Source: Candidatus Latescibacterota bacterium (GTDB lineage Bacteria > Latescibacterota > UBA2968 > GCA-2709665). From it: DNA of 64,000 nucleotides. The DNA lies in NCBI GenBank assembly GCA_965219455.1, contig OZ244744.1, positions 5,088,001-5,152,000 on the forward strand. The letters run 5' to 3'. The first letter of the stretch is position 1, and each line of letters starts with the position of its first letter. Of the stretch, positions 38,077 to 48,995 are shown piece after piece. The notes under the pieces were generated by a model, which did not search any database, was not told where the DNA came from, and worked only from the letters and a program-made list of their open reading frames with translations. A program made the translations under genes and the position numbers.

Positions 38077-40443
38077 ATGCAACGACCGGCGTTGCTGTCT
38101 GGGGCATTTTTCGCCGCGGGAGTACTCGTGGCGCATCGATGGGAGTTGCCGGTCTGGGCGTTGTGGACCGGGGGTCTCGCACTCTGGATCGTGTTACTGG
38201 TACGCTGGAAAGGGCGTTCCGCGTGGCCGGGAGCCCTCCTGCTTGTTCTGGGGGCAATGAGATATGAAAGCGTTATGGGAGGGTTGCCCGAAGACCATAT
38301 CGCTCATTTTTCCGGGGGGGACGAACCTGTGTTGCTGGACGGGCGCGTGGCTGAGGAACCTGAATGGATGGAAGACGGTTTGCGTCTTCGGCTGTTTGCG
38401 GAGCGGGTAACCGTTCGGGATACGGTGTTTTCAGTTCGAGGGATGGTTCTCGTACGGTTCCGTAAATTTCGGCCGGACGCGGACTACGGAGACCGTCTGG
38501 TCGCTCGGCTCCATCTTCGCCGGCCACAGCCGGCCAGAAATCCGGGCGCGTTCGATTACCGTGCCTATCTGGAACGGAAGGGTATTCATGCGATGGGTTC
38601 CGTATCCAGAAGTGGACAGATTCTTGAGACCCACAGGGGCAAGGGAGGGTGGCTGTGGACGTACGTCGTGTTGCCCGTGCGCCGGGGCGTCCGCCGGGGC
38701 GTGGCCTGCAATTTGTCCGGAGGACCGGCAGGATTGCTGAATGGGATATTGCTGGGTGAGAAACGTGGGGTGCCCGACCATGTGCGTACTGCGTTCACCC
38801 GAGCCGGCGTCAACCACGTGCTGGCGGTTTCGGGCTTACACGTGGGTCTGATTGCCGCCGTGGTGTTTTTCGGCCTCGGCGCGTTCGGATGCGGCAGGAG
38901 AACAACAGCCTGGGCAACCGTATGCGCCGTGCTGCTCTATGCCCTGGTTACGGGGCTGCCGCCGTCGGTTGTCAGGGCCTCCATGATGTGTGCGATTACC
39001 ATTTGGGGTCGCCTGGGAAACACACAGGGAGATGGATTGAATTCGCTCGGGCTGGCAGGCTTTCTCATACTGATGTTCAGGCCTCAGGACCTGTTCGACG
39101 TGGGCTTTCAACTCTCTTTTTCCGCCACCGGGGGAATCCTGTTGTTCTATAGACCGATCCGGGCCTGGCTTCCTGGAGGTGGTGGGAGTGGCGTGGGTCA
39201 ATGGGTATGGACGCCACTTGCCGTGTCGGTGGCCGCGCAGGTGGGTACGCTACCCTTTGTTCTGGCATATTTCGGGTTTCTGTCGGTTGTCTCGGTTCTC
39301 GCCAATCTGGTGGTCGTGCCCTTAATGGCGGCTGCCGTCGCGCTGGGGCTGGTTGGCGTGGTTGTTTTTCACGTGTGGTCACCGATCGCGGCGTTGTTGA
39401 ACGGCGCAAACTGGATCGTCTTGAAGGGTGCCATTCAAGCCGCAGCCTGGTTCGCCGAGCCCGCATGGGCTGCCGTGGAGGTACCAAGACCCGGGTGGAC
39501 TGTCGTAGGGTTGTATCTCTGTGCGGCACTCCTGATCCTGCCCGGAACGAGGTCGCATCGATGGGGCCGCCGGCTTGTGCTTGTGGGGTTGTCCCTGGCG
39601 AATCTCTGGGTCTGGTCGGGCATCTGGCAGCGGCCATCGGGCCTGCGGATGTTGGTGCTGGACGTGGGACAGGGTGACGGAATTTTTCTAAGGTTTCCGA
39701 ACGGGAGGACCATGCTGGTTGACGGCGGTTTGCGCGCAGCGAACATCGATATGGGGGAACGGGTACTGATCCCGTTTCTGAAGGCCGAGGGTATCAATCG
39801 TATTGACGCCGTGGTCGCGTCTCATCCGCACAGCGATCATATTGGCGGATTCGTGACGCTGTTGGAGAGGGTAGAGGTTGGTTGGTACCTGGATGCCGGA
39901 CAAAATTACGATTCCTGGACAGCCCGTCGGGTTCGAACTCTGATCCAGGAAAGGGGAATACGCTATGCGGCAGTCGAGGCGGGGGACCGGCTTGCAGGGT
40001 TGGGTGGCGTGGACGCCCTGGTGCTGCACCCGACGCCGGATTATGTTTCGGAGCAAGGCCCGGCCCCACTGGGTCTCAACAACGGTTCCGTGGTCATCCG
40101 ATTGACGTACGGAAGTTCCACCCTTTTGCTTACGGGTGACATTGAACACGAAACCGACGCGGATCTCCTGCGGTGGGGGGACCGGCTTCGCGCCAAGGTG
40201 CTCAAGGCGGCGCACCACGGATCCCGCACCTCGTCCACCGCCGCGTTTCTGAGCGCGGTGCGTCCGGAGCTTGTGGCGGTCTCGTGTGGGATCAGGAACA
40301 AATTCCGCCATCCGTCCCGTGAGGTGATCCAGCGTTACGAGGCAATGGGAATTTCAATTTACCGGACCGATCTGATGGGCGCGGTAGAGATCCGAATCGA
40401 TGAGCAGGGGATTGACGCACGCGGATGGCTTGAGGTGCCGTGA
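38077..40443 (+). CDS. comEC: DNA internalization competence protein ComEC/Rec2
   Basis: NPGAFDY, HVLAVSGLHV, GFQLSF, LDVGQGD, SHPHSDH, HHGS. Confidence 0.96.
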   Translation: MQRPALLSGAFFAAGVLVAHRWELPVWALWTGGLALWIVLLVRWKGRSAWPGALLLVLGAMRYESVMGGLPEDHIAHFSGGDEPVLLDGRVAEEPEWMEDGLRLRLFAERVTVRDTVFSVRGMVLVRFRKFRPDADYGDRLVARLHLRRPQPARNPGAFDYRAYLERKGIHAMGSVSRSGQILETHRGKGGWLWTYVVLPVRRGVRRGVACNLSGGPAGLLNGILLGEKRGVPDHVRTAFTRAGVNHVLAVSGLHVGLIAAVVFFGLGAFGCGRRTTAWATVCAVLLYALVTGLPPSVVRASMMCAITIWGRLGNTQGDGLNSLGLAGFLILMFRPQDLFDVGFQLSFSATGGILLFYRPIRAWLPGGGGSGVGQWVWTPLAVSVAAQVGTLPFVLAYFGFLSVVSVLANLVVVPLMAAAVALGLVGVVVFHVWSPIAALLNGANWIVLKGAIQAAAWFAEPAWAAVEVPRPGWTVVGLYLCAALLILPGTRSHRWGRRLVLVGLSLANLWVWSGIWQRPSGLRMLVLDVGQGDGIFLRFPNGRTMLVDGGLRAANIDMGERVLIPFLKAEGINRIDAVVASHPHSDHIGGFVTLLERVEVGWYLDAGQNYDSWTARRVRTLIQERGIRYAAVEAGDRLAGLGGVDALVLHPTPDYVSEQGPAPLGLNNGSVVIRLTYGSSTLLLTGDIEHETDADLLRWGDRLRAKVLKAAHHGSRTSSTAAFLSAVRPELVAVSCGIRNKFRHPSREVIQRYEAMGISIYRTDLMGAVEIRIDEQGIDARGWLEVP

Positions 40444-40669
40444 CGGGACGACCGGGACCGTCGACGGCGCCACTGGAGCGGTGTCGGAAAAGGGCGTGGC
40501 ACGACGGGTGCGGAGCCGCCGAAAGGTCGTTGCACACGCCAAATTCTCCGTCTGGCGGGGGGCCCGCCGCAGAGAGCGGTCCAATTCACCACAAAGCGTA
40601 ACCGCGGGCCAGGAAAAAATGGGCGGATGGCCGTAATGGAATACCGTATCAGCACAGAGCCACGATGCA

Positions 40670-41056
40670 TAAGAAGAAAAGCAGCCGATCTACGTGATCG
40701 GTATAGCTGGCAGTATTATCTCCCCCAATAAGACTGCCGCCAACCAAAGAATCGATGCTTTCAACTTCCCCCAGGCTGGATCAAGTGCCGAAGCGCATTC
40801 CGGTAACGACCATACCGCCCATTAAGACGAACACTGATTGGAGAACGAGGTGCCGGCAACGCCCAATTCCCGCGCTCGCGAATCTCTATTGCGCGGGCTT
40901 CGGCCCAACATCAAAACGAACCGCGGCAAGCCCCCGGTTCCGTCCCGAATCCTGGCGTCTTCCCCGTGAGACACCTCTGGAAAAGGCACACGGATCCGTT
41001 GCTTTAACTTGCTCCAAGACAAAGGTTTATGAGAAAGCAGTCTCTTCGCAAGAACG
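40670..41056 (-). ncRNA. Candidate structured non-coding RNA or long leader (unassigned)
   Basis: Lies downstream of a near-consensus promoter, has several hairpins and no long credible ORF, and ends in a hairpin plus U-rich tract. Confidence 0.3.
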
Positions 41057-41062
41057 TGCCAA

Positions 41063-41091
41063 AATATATACTCTGAATAGGGTGTCGTCAA
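41063..41091 (-). promoter_or_regulatory. Sigma70-type promoter firing into the comEC-accA intergenic region
   Basis: TTGACG-N17-TATATT with AT-rich upstream DNA. Confidence 0.6.
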
Positions 41092-41393
41092 GGGATAATT
41101 TCAGAAAAAGGAGAGGCAAATCGCGTGATTGGGACATAAGATATTGAAACACAATTGGCTGGACGTTTTGGTTTTTTTTTTTGACGGGCGGGCAGTGTCC
41201 GCGAGGTCACTTTGACTCACAAACTTCCTCAGATGTGGGCAAAATACGGGACGTCTCACGTAAACAGCAGGTTAGTGAATTCCTGCGATTGAAAGACACG
41301 AATTTAAAAAAATTGGACAACTAATGGCCCATTTTTTGCTGATTTTGATATTTGGTAGAGATGCGGATCGGGTACCCCCGCGGCAAGTTCGGG

Positions 41394-42359
41394 TCACTCG
41401 TCCCAGACCCCCATCCGACCGAATTTTTCGACCCTCTCGCGAACAAGGTCATCGGGGCGTATGCGTCTGAGATTCTGGAGTTCGTCCTGCAAAATCCGCT
41501 TCAGGTTTTGACCTGCCGTTTCAGGATCTCTGTGTGCGCCGCCAAAGGGCTCAGGTACGATTCTATCGACGATCCCGAGGGGGACCAGGTCCGGCGCGGT
41601 GATCTTCAGCGCCTCGGCGGCTTCTTCTCTCTTGTCGCGATTCCGCCAGAGAATGAGAGAACAGGATTGGGGATTGATCACGGAATACCAGGCGTTTTCC
41701 AACATCAGGATTCGGTCGCCAACACCGATGCCGAGTGCACCGCCGCTCGCGCCCTCGCCGATAATGACCACGATGATGGGAACCGGAAGCCGGAAAATTT
41801 CGAAAAGATTCCTGGCGATAGCTTCCGAAACACTCCGTTCCTCCGATCCGATGCCAGGGTAAGCGCCGGGCGTATCGATCAGACAGAGGACGGGTCGATT
41901 GAATTTGGCGGCCAGTTTCATTACGCGAAGGGCTTTTCGATACCCCTCCGGGTGGGCCATGCCAAAGTTTCGATGGATATTCTCCTTCGTGTTGCGTCCT
42001 TTCTGCGTACCCAGGACCAGAATGGGTTGTCGGTCGAGCCGGGCAAAGCCGCTTACCAACGCGGGATCGTCTCTATAGGTCCGGTCTCCGTGGAGTTCGA
42101 TAAAGTCGGTGAGCATTAATTGAATGTAATCCAGCGTGTGAGGGCGCTGGGGGTGCCCCGCCACCTGGTATATTTGCCACCGGCTCATGTCCGTGTAGAT
42201 TTCCGTTTCCAGCCTTTGAAGCCGTTTTTCCAGGGTGGACAGTTCGGTGGACATGTTGATGTTTTCAGTCTCGGCGCGAGTTTTAAGGTCTTCGATTTTC
42301 TTATCCAGTGCCGCAATGGGACGCTCGAAATCCAGGTATATTTTCTTCTTGTCCTTCAT
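41394..42359 (-). CDS. accA: Acetyl-CoA carboxylase carboxyltransferase alpha
   Basis: [38 protein letters not shown]. Confidence 0.98.
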   Translation of the reverse strand: MKDKKKIYLDFERPIAALDKKIEDLKTRAETENINMSTELSTLEKRLQRLETEIYTDMSRWQIYQVAGHPQRPHTLDYIQLMLTDFIELHGDRTYRDDPALVSGFARLDRQPILVLGTQKGRNTKENIHRNFGMAHPEGYRKALRVMKLAAKFNRPVLCLIDTPGAYPGIGSEERSVSEAIARNLFEIFRLPVPIIVVIIGEGASGGALGIGVGDRILMLENAWYSVINPQSCSLILWRNRDKREEAAEALKITAPDLVPLGIVDRIVPEPFGGAHRDPETAGQNLKRILQDELQNLRRIRPDDLVRERVEKFGRMGVWDE

Positions 42360-42392
42360 GGTCAGGTGTCCTTTCCGACAGGATCCGGGCGT

Positions 42393-43586
42393 TTAGATTC
42401 GCCTGATGGCGGCCTCGACTCGGTCCATGGCCTCGTGAATCCTTGGTAGAGACGCGGCATATGAAAAACGAAGGTGGTCCCCGGAACCGAAGCCGCTGCC
42501 GGGTACGCAGCCCGTGCCGGCCTCTTCCAGCAGGTAGTTGGCGAGGTCGATGTCGTTCTTGAGACGCCCGCCATATAGGGCGGACACGTTTGGAAAGGCG
42601 TAAAAAGCACCCCGGGGAAGGCGACACGAAACGCACGGCATGCGGTTCAGGCGGCCAACAATCACATTACGGCGTTCCTGGAATGCGGTTCGCATCGTTT
42701 CTACGCTCTCCTGGGTTCCATTTAGCGCTTCGATGGCCGCATACTGGGAAATCGTGCACGTGTTCGTGGTTTCCTGGCTCTGGACTTTGGCGATCAGTTT
42801 CATCAGATCCGGAGGACCGGCGCCATAGCCCACTCGCCAGCCCGTCATCGCATAGGCCTTGGAGAAGCCGTTGACAACCAGGGTTCTGCATTTGATTTCC
42901 GGATGCGCAGCGGCAATTGAGACGTGCTCGGCGCCGTCATAGATGATTTTTTCATAGATTTCGTCCGAGATCACGTAGATGCCGGCCTCTGCGATGACGT
43001 CTGCCAGGGCGCTCATCTCATCGGGCGTATAGACTTCACCGGTTGGATTGCACGGACTGTTCAGGAGTACGAACTTGGAACGCGGCGTGATCGCATCCGA
43101 AAGCATTGGTGGGCTGAGCCGGAAATCCGTCTCCTCGGTTGTTTTCAGAATGACCGGACGGCCGCCCATCAGTCTGACCTGGTCGGCGTAGCTAACCCAG
43201 TACGGAGAGGGAATAATGGCTTCGTCTCCGGGGTTGATCAGCGCGACGACCGCGTCGAAGATAACCTGCTTGGCGCCGCAGGTAACGACAATCTGCGACG
43301 GGTCGTAGACCAGGTTGTTTTCTTTATCCAGTTTTTTCGCGATTGCCTGTTTGAGTTCGGGCAGACCCGATGCGGGCGCAGTGTATTTGGTGTACCCATT
43401 CACGATAGCCCGGATCCCGGCGTCCTTGATGTTTTGCGGGGTGTCAAAATCGGGTTCACCCGCAACCAGGGAAATGAGATCCACACCCCGGCGTTCCAAT
43501 TCACCCATTCTGGCAAAGGTGGCGACGGTAAGCGATTCGTCGACGTTGAGCACGCGATTGGAAAATGACGAGACGGTCTTGTCCAT
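42393..43586 (-). CDS. aspC: Aspartate aminotransferase (class I PLP)
   Basis: GEPDFDTP, NSPCNPTG, SDEIY, SKAYAMTGWR. Confidence 0.88.
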   Translation of the reverse strand: MDKTVSSFSNRVLNVDESLTVATFARMGELERRGVDLISLVAGEPDFDTPQNIKDAGIRAIVNGYTKYTAPASGLPELKQAIAKKLDKENNLVYDPSQIVVTCGAKQVIFDAVVALINPGDEAIIPSPYWVSYADQVRLMGGRPVILKTTEETDFRLSPPMLSDAITPRSKFVLLNSPCNPTGEVYTPDEMSALADVIAEAGIYVISDEIYEKIIYDGAEHVSIAAAHPEIKCRTLVVNGFSKAYAMTGWRVGYGAGPPDLMKLIAKVQSQETTNTCTISQYAAIEALNGTQESVETMRTAFQERRNVIVGRLNRMPCVSCRLPRGAFYAFPNVSALYGGRLKNDIDLANYLLEEAGTGCVPGSGFGSGDHLRFSYAASLPRIHEAMDRVEAAIRRI

Positions 43587-43688
43587 GATTCGGGTCGAAT
43601 TCGATATTCGCGCGGTTCGGGAAACGGCAAACCGCGTCGGCGTGGACCGCCCGGCGGTTCCGTTTCAACAATCACGCACATCGTCCTT

Positions 43689-44882
43689 TCAGGTGGTATA
43701 TTCGGCGTTGATCCTGACGTAGTCGTATGTCAGGTCGCAGGTGTAAATCGTGGCGTTTTCCTCTCCCTGATCGAGGTTGATTTCGATATCCACATCCGTC
43801 CCCGACAAAGCCCGTATGGCTTCCTCGGAATCGAATGGCAGGCCGCCTCCGTTGCCGTAGATGGGAATGCCGGCCATCGAAACGGAGATTTTGTACGGTT
43901 CTACCGGCACGCCGGCATACCCGATCGCGCAAAGGATACGGCCCCAATTCGGATCTCTGCCGAAGACGGCGGTCTTGACAAGGTTCGAATTGCCCACGGA
44001 CAGACCGATGGTTCGGGCGTCTCGTGTGGACGCGGCTCCGGCGACCCGAATGGTGATGAGCTTGGTCGCGCCTTCACCGTCGCGGGCGATCTGCCTCGCC
44101 AGGCTGCCGCAGACGGCGTTCAGTCCCTTTTGAAAGGACTCGATCTCGCCGCCCGAGAGCGGGCGTTCGCAAGCGGCGCCGTTGGCCAGCAGGAGCACCG
44201 TGTCGTTCGTGCTTCTGTCGCCGTCCACCGTAATGCAATTGAAAGACCGGTCCGTGGCCACGCGAAGACACGTTTCCAGCCGTCCTGGATCTACAGCGGC
44301 GTCCGTGGCGACAAAGCCGAGCATGGTGGCCATGTCGGGTGCGATCATTCCGGCCCCCTTCGCGATTCCGCAGATGGTGACCTCGCGTCCGTCAAGCCGG
44401 AATTGCGCCGATGCCAGCTTCGGCACCGTATCGGTGGTCATAATTGCAGCCGAGGCGTCCACCCAGCCATCATCGCGCAGGTCCCGGACTGCCGCCGGGA
44501 TGCCCGCGCGGATATTTTCCATGGGAAGCGGCACGCCGATCACACCCGTCGAGTTGACCAACACGTTTTCCGGCGCGATGTCGAGTTCACGCGCCACTTC
44601 ACGTGCCGTCTGCCGGGCGTCGGCCAACCCCCGTTCTCCCGTGCAGGCATTGGCATTCTTGCTGTTGATGACAATGGCCTGGGCGGTATTGTCCGCCAGG
44701 TGTTCCCGGTTTACCTGGATCGGGGCCGCCTGCACCTGGTTGGTTGTGAACACACCCGTCGCCACGGCAGGTCTGCTGGATGCGATGAGGGCCAGATCCT
44801 TGCCGTCTGGCTTGAGGCCGCAGGCGACTCCGGCTGCGCGGAACCCCTCGGGGCGGATACAATTGCCTTCGGTGATTTTCAA
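43689..44882 (-). CDS. argJ: Glutamate N-acetyltransferase (ornithine acetyltransferase)
   Basis: STGVIG, IMTTDT, KGAGMIAPDMATML, DGEGATK, NAEYTT. Confidence 0.97.
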   Translation of the reverse strand: MKITEGNCIRPEGFRAAGVACGLKPDGKDLALIASSRPAVATGVFTTNQVQAAPIQVNREHLADNTAQAIVINSKNANACTGERGLADARQTAREVARELDIAPENVLVNSTGVIGVPLPMENIRAGIPAAVRDLRDDGWVDASAAIMTTDTVPKLASAQFRLDGREVTICGIAKGAGMIAPDMATMLGFVATDAAVDPGRLETCLRVATDRSFNCITVDGDRSTNDTVLLLANGAACERPLSGGEIESFQKGLNAVCGSLARQIARDGEGATKLITIRVAGAASTRDARTIGLSVGNSNLVKTAVFGRDPNWGRILCAIGYAGVPVEPYKISVSMAGIPIYGNGGGLPFDSEEAIRALSGTDVDIEINLDQGEENATIYTCDLTYDYVRINAEYTT

Positions 44883-44893
44883 AGCCGATCCCC

Positions 44894-46066
44894 TCAGAAG
44901 AATGCCCGCTTGATGTTTCTGACGGCCTGGCGGATGCGGTGCTCGTTTTCGACGAGAGAAATACGCACGTAACCCTCGCCCATGTCGCCGAAGCCGATTC
45001 CGGGAGAAACGGCGACTTCCGCTTCCTCCATCATTTTGAGGGCAAATCTCATTGAGCCCAGATAGCGGTATTTGTCGGGGATCTGCGTCCAGATAAACAT
45101 CGATGCTTTGGGTTTGAAAACGGGCCAGCCGATCCGGTTAAGTCCCTCGACAAGAACATCGCGCCTGGATCGATAGATTTCAGCCGCCTGGGCAACACAG
45201 TCCTGAGGACCGTCCAGGGCAGCGATGGCGGCGACCTGTATGGGCGTGAAAATACCGTAGTCGTAGTAATGCTTAATGGTTTTCAGCGCTTCGATGACTT
45301 CCGGATTGCCCAGGCAGAAACCGACCCGCCAGCCGGCCATGTTGTAGGTTTTGGACATCGTGTAGAATTCCACGCCCACTTCCTTAGCCCCTTTCACCTG
45401 GAGCAGGCTGGGTGCACGGTAGCCATCGAAGACGATATCGGAGTACGCCATGTCGTGAATGATGACGATTTCCTGTCGCCTGGCGAAGTCCACGATTTCT
45501 TCAAAAAAAGCGGAGTCCACCGTCGCGGTGGTGGGGTTGTTCGGGAAGTTGAAGATCATCATTTTCGGTTTTGGCCACAGTTCCCGCGCCACCATCTGGA
45601 TTTCGGGGATGAACTCTTTTTCCGGCCGGAGAGGCAGACTCAGAACATTGCCGTTCGCGATGGCGACGCCGTAGAGATGCAGAGGGTACGCTGGGTTGGG
45701 CACGATGGCGAGATCGCCGGGATCCAGGAGGGCCAGGCAGATGTGGGCGAGACCCTCCTTGGACCCAATCGTGACAAGGGCTTCCGTGTCGGGGTCCAGA
45801 TCGACGCCGAAGCGCCGCCTGTAATGCCGGCAGATGGCCGCGCGCAACGCGGCGATGCCCTGTGAAGGCGCATAGCGGTGTGTCTTCGGATCACCTGCAA
45901 CTTCGATGAGTTTGTCTACAATATGTGCGGGGGTGGGCTGGTCCGGGTTTCCCATGCCCAGATCGATAATGTCCACACCCTGCCGGCGCAGGCGCATCTT
46001 GTGCGCGTTGACGTCAGCAAACACATACGGCGGAAGGCGTTCGATTCTGCGGGAGGTGATTTTCAT
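44894..46066 (-). CDS. alaC: AlaC/LL-DAP-type class I/II aminotransferase
   Basis: RIERLPPYVF, IDLGMGNPD, GSKEG, SKTYNMAGWR, YYDYGIFTPIQ. Confidence 0.8.
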   Translation of the reverse strand: MKITSRRIERLPPYVFADVNAHKMRLRRQGVDIIDLGMGNPDQPTPAHIVDKLIEVAGDPKTHRYAPSQGIAALRAAICRHYRRRFGVDLDPDTEALVTIGSKEGLAHICLALLDPGDLAIVPNPAYPLHLYGVAIANGNVLSLPLRPEKEFIPEIQMVARELWPKPKMMIFNFPNNPTTATVDSAFFEEIVDFARRQEIVIIHDMAYSDIVFDGYRAPSLLQVKGAKEVGVEFYTMSKTYNMAGWRVGFCLGNPEVIEALKTIKHYYDYGIFTPIQVAAIAALDGPQDCVAQAAEIYRSRRDVLVEGLNRIGWPVFKPKASMFIWTQIPDKYRYLGSMRFALKMMEEAEVAVSPGIGFGDMGEGYVRISLVENEHRIRQAVRNIKRAFF

Positions 46067-46118
46067 GTTCGCAACCTGAAAGGAGACCCGGCCCCGTTCG
46101 GCCCCGGTCGGCAGGAGC

Positions 46119-47726
46119 TTATGCAAGCGTTTCCTGCCGGATCGGTTCGCTGTTCGTGAGGAAGCCCTCTCTGAGCAACTTGTAGCTGAGGCTGTCGACC
46201 AGAGCGATCCAGCTGGCTTCAATGATGTTTTCAGACACACCGATCGTGTTCCAGACCCTGTGGCTGTCGGAGGACTCAATGAGTACGCGCACCCTTGCGG
46301 CAGTGCCGTCCTGGGCGGATAGGACACGCACCTTGTAGTCTTCGAGGTGGACTTCCCTGAGAATGGGATACACCGGCTCCAGCCCCTGCCGGAGCGCCGC
46401 GTCCAGCGCGTTCACCGGCCCGTCTCCGTCGGCCACTGTGTGATAGATCCGGCCATCCACCTCAACCTTGACGATCGCTTCGGCTTCGGTCCCTTCCGCA
46501 GATTTCCGGTTGATTGTGCGGAATCCGACTAACCGGAACGGGTCGGAAATGGCGCCAAGCGCCTTGCGGGCCAGGATTTCGAAGGATGCTTCGGCGGCTT
46601 CAAAGACGTACCCCTCGTGTTCGAGTTGCTTGATCTGTCGAAGAAGGCGCTGAACCGCCGGATGTTTTTTGTCAAGTCCGGGAATGAGATGGTTCAGCTT
46701 GGCGGCGATGGTGGCGCTTCCGGACTGCTCGGACAACAGAAAGCGCCGTTCGTTGCCCACGTGTTCGGGCTCGCAGTGTTCGTACGTAGCGGGTTGCTTG
46801 ACCATGGCGTCGATGTGAACCCCGCCCTTGTGCGCAAATGCGCTTTCTCCCACATATGGCTGGCGGTGATCGTGATAGACGTTTGCGATTTCGCTCAGGA
46901 AACGGGAGAAGTCCTTCAGCCCTGCGAGTTTTTCAGGACCTATGCTGGATTTATCGAGTTTCAGTTCGAGGCTCGGAATGATGGAGCACAGATTGGCATT
47001 GCCGCAGCGCTCCCCGTACCCGTTGAATGTGCCCTGAACCTGAGCGGCACCCATTTCGACGGCCACAAGCGCGTTGGCGACTCCAACGCCCGCGTCGTTG
47101 TGGGTGTGGATCCCGAAGGGCAGGTTGATCTTCTGCTTTACGTTTCCGATGATTTCCGGCAGTTCGGAGGGCAGGGTGCCGCCGTTGGTGTCACAGAGGA
47201 CCAGGATGCCGGCGCCGCCTTCCTGTGCGGCCAGGAGGGTCGCGATGGCGTATTGAGGATCGTCCTTGTAGCCGTCGAAGAAGTGTTCCGCGTCGTAAAC
47301 GACCTCCCGTCCGTTCCATCCGATAAACGCAACGGAGTCCTGGATGAGTCTCAGGTTCTCGTCGCGAGTGGTGCGAAGGACGCGCGTGACGTGCAGTTCC
47401 CAAGACTTGCCGAAAAGGGTGACCACATCGGTGCCTGCCTGGAGCAGGGTGTTGAGGATGGCGTCATCCTCCGGGTGGTTGTTCGCCCGACGGGTGCTGC
47501 CGAAGGCGGCAACCTTCGCATTTTCAAACGGGAGTTCGCTGATGCGATTGAAAAATTCCATATCTTTGGGATTGGTGGGATTTGGCCACCCGCCTTCGAT
47601 ATAGTGGACGCCGAGGGCGTCCAGGCGCTGCGCGATCATGAGCTTGTCATCCAGCGAGAATGCAATCCCTTCGGCCTGCGCGCCGTCCCGAAGGGTGGAA
47701 TCGTATATCTGTACACGGTTGGACAT
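46119..47726 (-). CDS. cimA: Citramalate synthase
   Basis: YDSTLRDGAQAEG, DAEHFFDG, CDTNGG, GYGERCGNA, AFAHKGG. Confidence 0.93.
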   Translation of the reverse strand: MSNRVQIYDSTLRDGAQAEGIAFSLDDKLMIAQRLDALGVHYIEGGWPNPTNPKDMEFFNRISELPFENAKVAAFGSTRRANNHPEDDAILNTLLQAGTDVVTLFGKSWELHVTRVLRTTRDENLRLIQDSVAFIGWNGREVVYDAEHFFDGYKDDPQYAIATLLAAQEGGAGILVLCDTNGGTLPSELPEIIGNVKQKINLPFGIHTHNDAGVGVANALVAVEMGAAQVQGTFNGYGERCGNANLCSIIPSLELKLDKSSIGPEKLAGLKDFSRFLSEIANVYHDHRQPYVGESAFAHKGGVHIDAMVKQPATYEHCEPEHVGNERRFLLSEQSGSATIAAKLNHLIPGLDKKHPAVQRLLRQIKQLEHEGYVFEAAEASFEILARKALGAISDPFRLVGFRTINRKSAEGTEAEAIVKVEVDGRIYHTVADGDGPVNALDAALRQGLEPVYPILREVHLEDYKVRVLSAQDGTAARVRVLIESSDSHRVWNTIGVSENIIEASWIALVDSLSYKLLREGFLTNSEPIRQETLA

Positions 47727-47912
47727 TAAAGGCTCCTTTTGCATTGGATCGGAGATTCAGGAATATGGAACAGACGCGCCCAGTCGGCTCGACGGTCCCG
47801 TCCACGCGTTCAACAATCCGCCGTTCCAATGCGACCCGGGCGGTGGTGGCAGCCCGGGTGATTCCACTTCCTTTCCGCTGGATTTACGAGCGTCATCCGG
47901 AGGTGCTCCCTG

Positions 47913-48977
47913 CTATGTGCGTGCGACCTCGTCGGCGATGAGGTCGCCTACCTCGGAGGTGTTGTAACCCATTTTTCCGGCGCCCATGCCTTTGAGTCTG
48001 GTGCCGACGACATGGATGATGGCGTCCTCCAGGATCCTTGCGCCTTCGGTCTCGCCCAGGACCTCGATCATCATTTGGGCGGCGGCGATGCCGGCGACAG
48101 GATTAATGACACCCATGCCGGTATATTTGGGCGCCGATCCGCCAATGGGTTCGAACATGGAAACGCCCTCGGGGTTGATATTGCCCCCCGCCGCAACACC
48201 CATACCGCCCTGAATCATGGCGCCCAGGTCGGTGATGATGTCGCCGAACATGTTGTCGGTGACAATCACGTCGAACCATTCCGGGTTTTTCACCATCCAC
48301 ATCGTAATGGCGTCAACGTGGGCATAGTCCCGCTTGACGTCGGCGTAATCGGCGTTTCCGATTTCGTTGAACGTACGTTCCCACAGGTCGAAGGCATAGG
48401 TGAGCACGTTGGTCTTGCCGCAGAGGGTGAGCGTGTTTTCGCGCTTGCGCCTGCGTGTGTATTCGAAGGCATACCTCAGGCAGCGCTCTACTCCCTTTCG
48501 GGTATTGATGGATTCCTGGACGGCGACCTCGTCGGGAGTACCCTTCTTCAGGAATCCGCCGGCGCCGGAATAGAGGCCTTCGGTGTTTTCGCGCACGACA
48601 ACAAAGTCGACGTCTGCGGGGCCCTTGTCTTTGAGCGGGCAGTCCACGTTGGGGTAAAGCTTGACCGGGCGCAGGTTGATGTACTGGTCCAGTTCAAAGC
48701 GGGTTCGCAGGAGAATGCCCTTCTCCAGGATCCCGGGCCGGACATCGGGATGGCCAATGGCGCCCAGGTAGATGGCGTCGAATCCCTCGAGTTCTTCAAG
48801 GGCCGAGTCCGGCAGGGTTTCGCCGGTTCTCAGGTACCGTTCGCCGCCGAAGTCGAAGGTAACGGTTTCATAGGCGAAACCGCTTGTCCGGGCAACGGCG
48901 TTTACACATTTCAGGCCTTCCGCGACAACCTCCGGACCCGTGCCGTCGCCGGGGATGACCGCGATCTTGTAAGACAA
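47913..48977 (-). CDS. leuB: 3-isopropylmalate dehydrogenase
   Basis: [33 protein letters not shown]; TTG start after GGAGG. Confidence 0.93.
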   Translation of the reverse strand: MSYKIAVIPGDGTGPEVVAEGLKCVNAVARTSGFAYETVTFDFGGERYLRTGETLPDSALEELEGFDAIYLGAIGHPDVRPGILEKGILLRTRFELDQYINLRPVKLYPNVDCPLKDKGPADVDFVVVRENTEGLYSGAGGFLKKGTPDEVAVQESINTRKGVERCLRYAFEYTRRRKRENTLTLCGKTNVLTYAFDLWERTFNEIGNADYADVKRDYAHVDAITMWMVKNPEWFDVIVTDNMFGDIITDLGAMIQGGMGVAAGGNINPEGVSMFEPIGGSAPKYTGMGVINPVAGIAAAQMMIEVLGETEGARILEDAIIHVVGTRLKGMGAGKMGYNTSEVGDLIADEVART

Positions 48978-48995
48978 TGGGCGCCTCCATTGGGT

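Noticed and set aside
40755-41147. ORFs 40755-41147 (+) and 40822-41091 (-)
   Set aside because: No clear RBS or protein-like features. The minus-strand TTG start is the -35 box of the predicted promoter.
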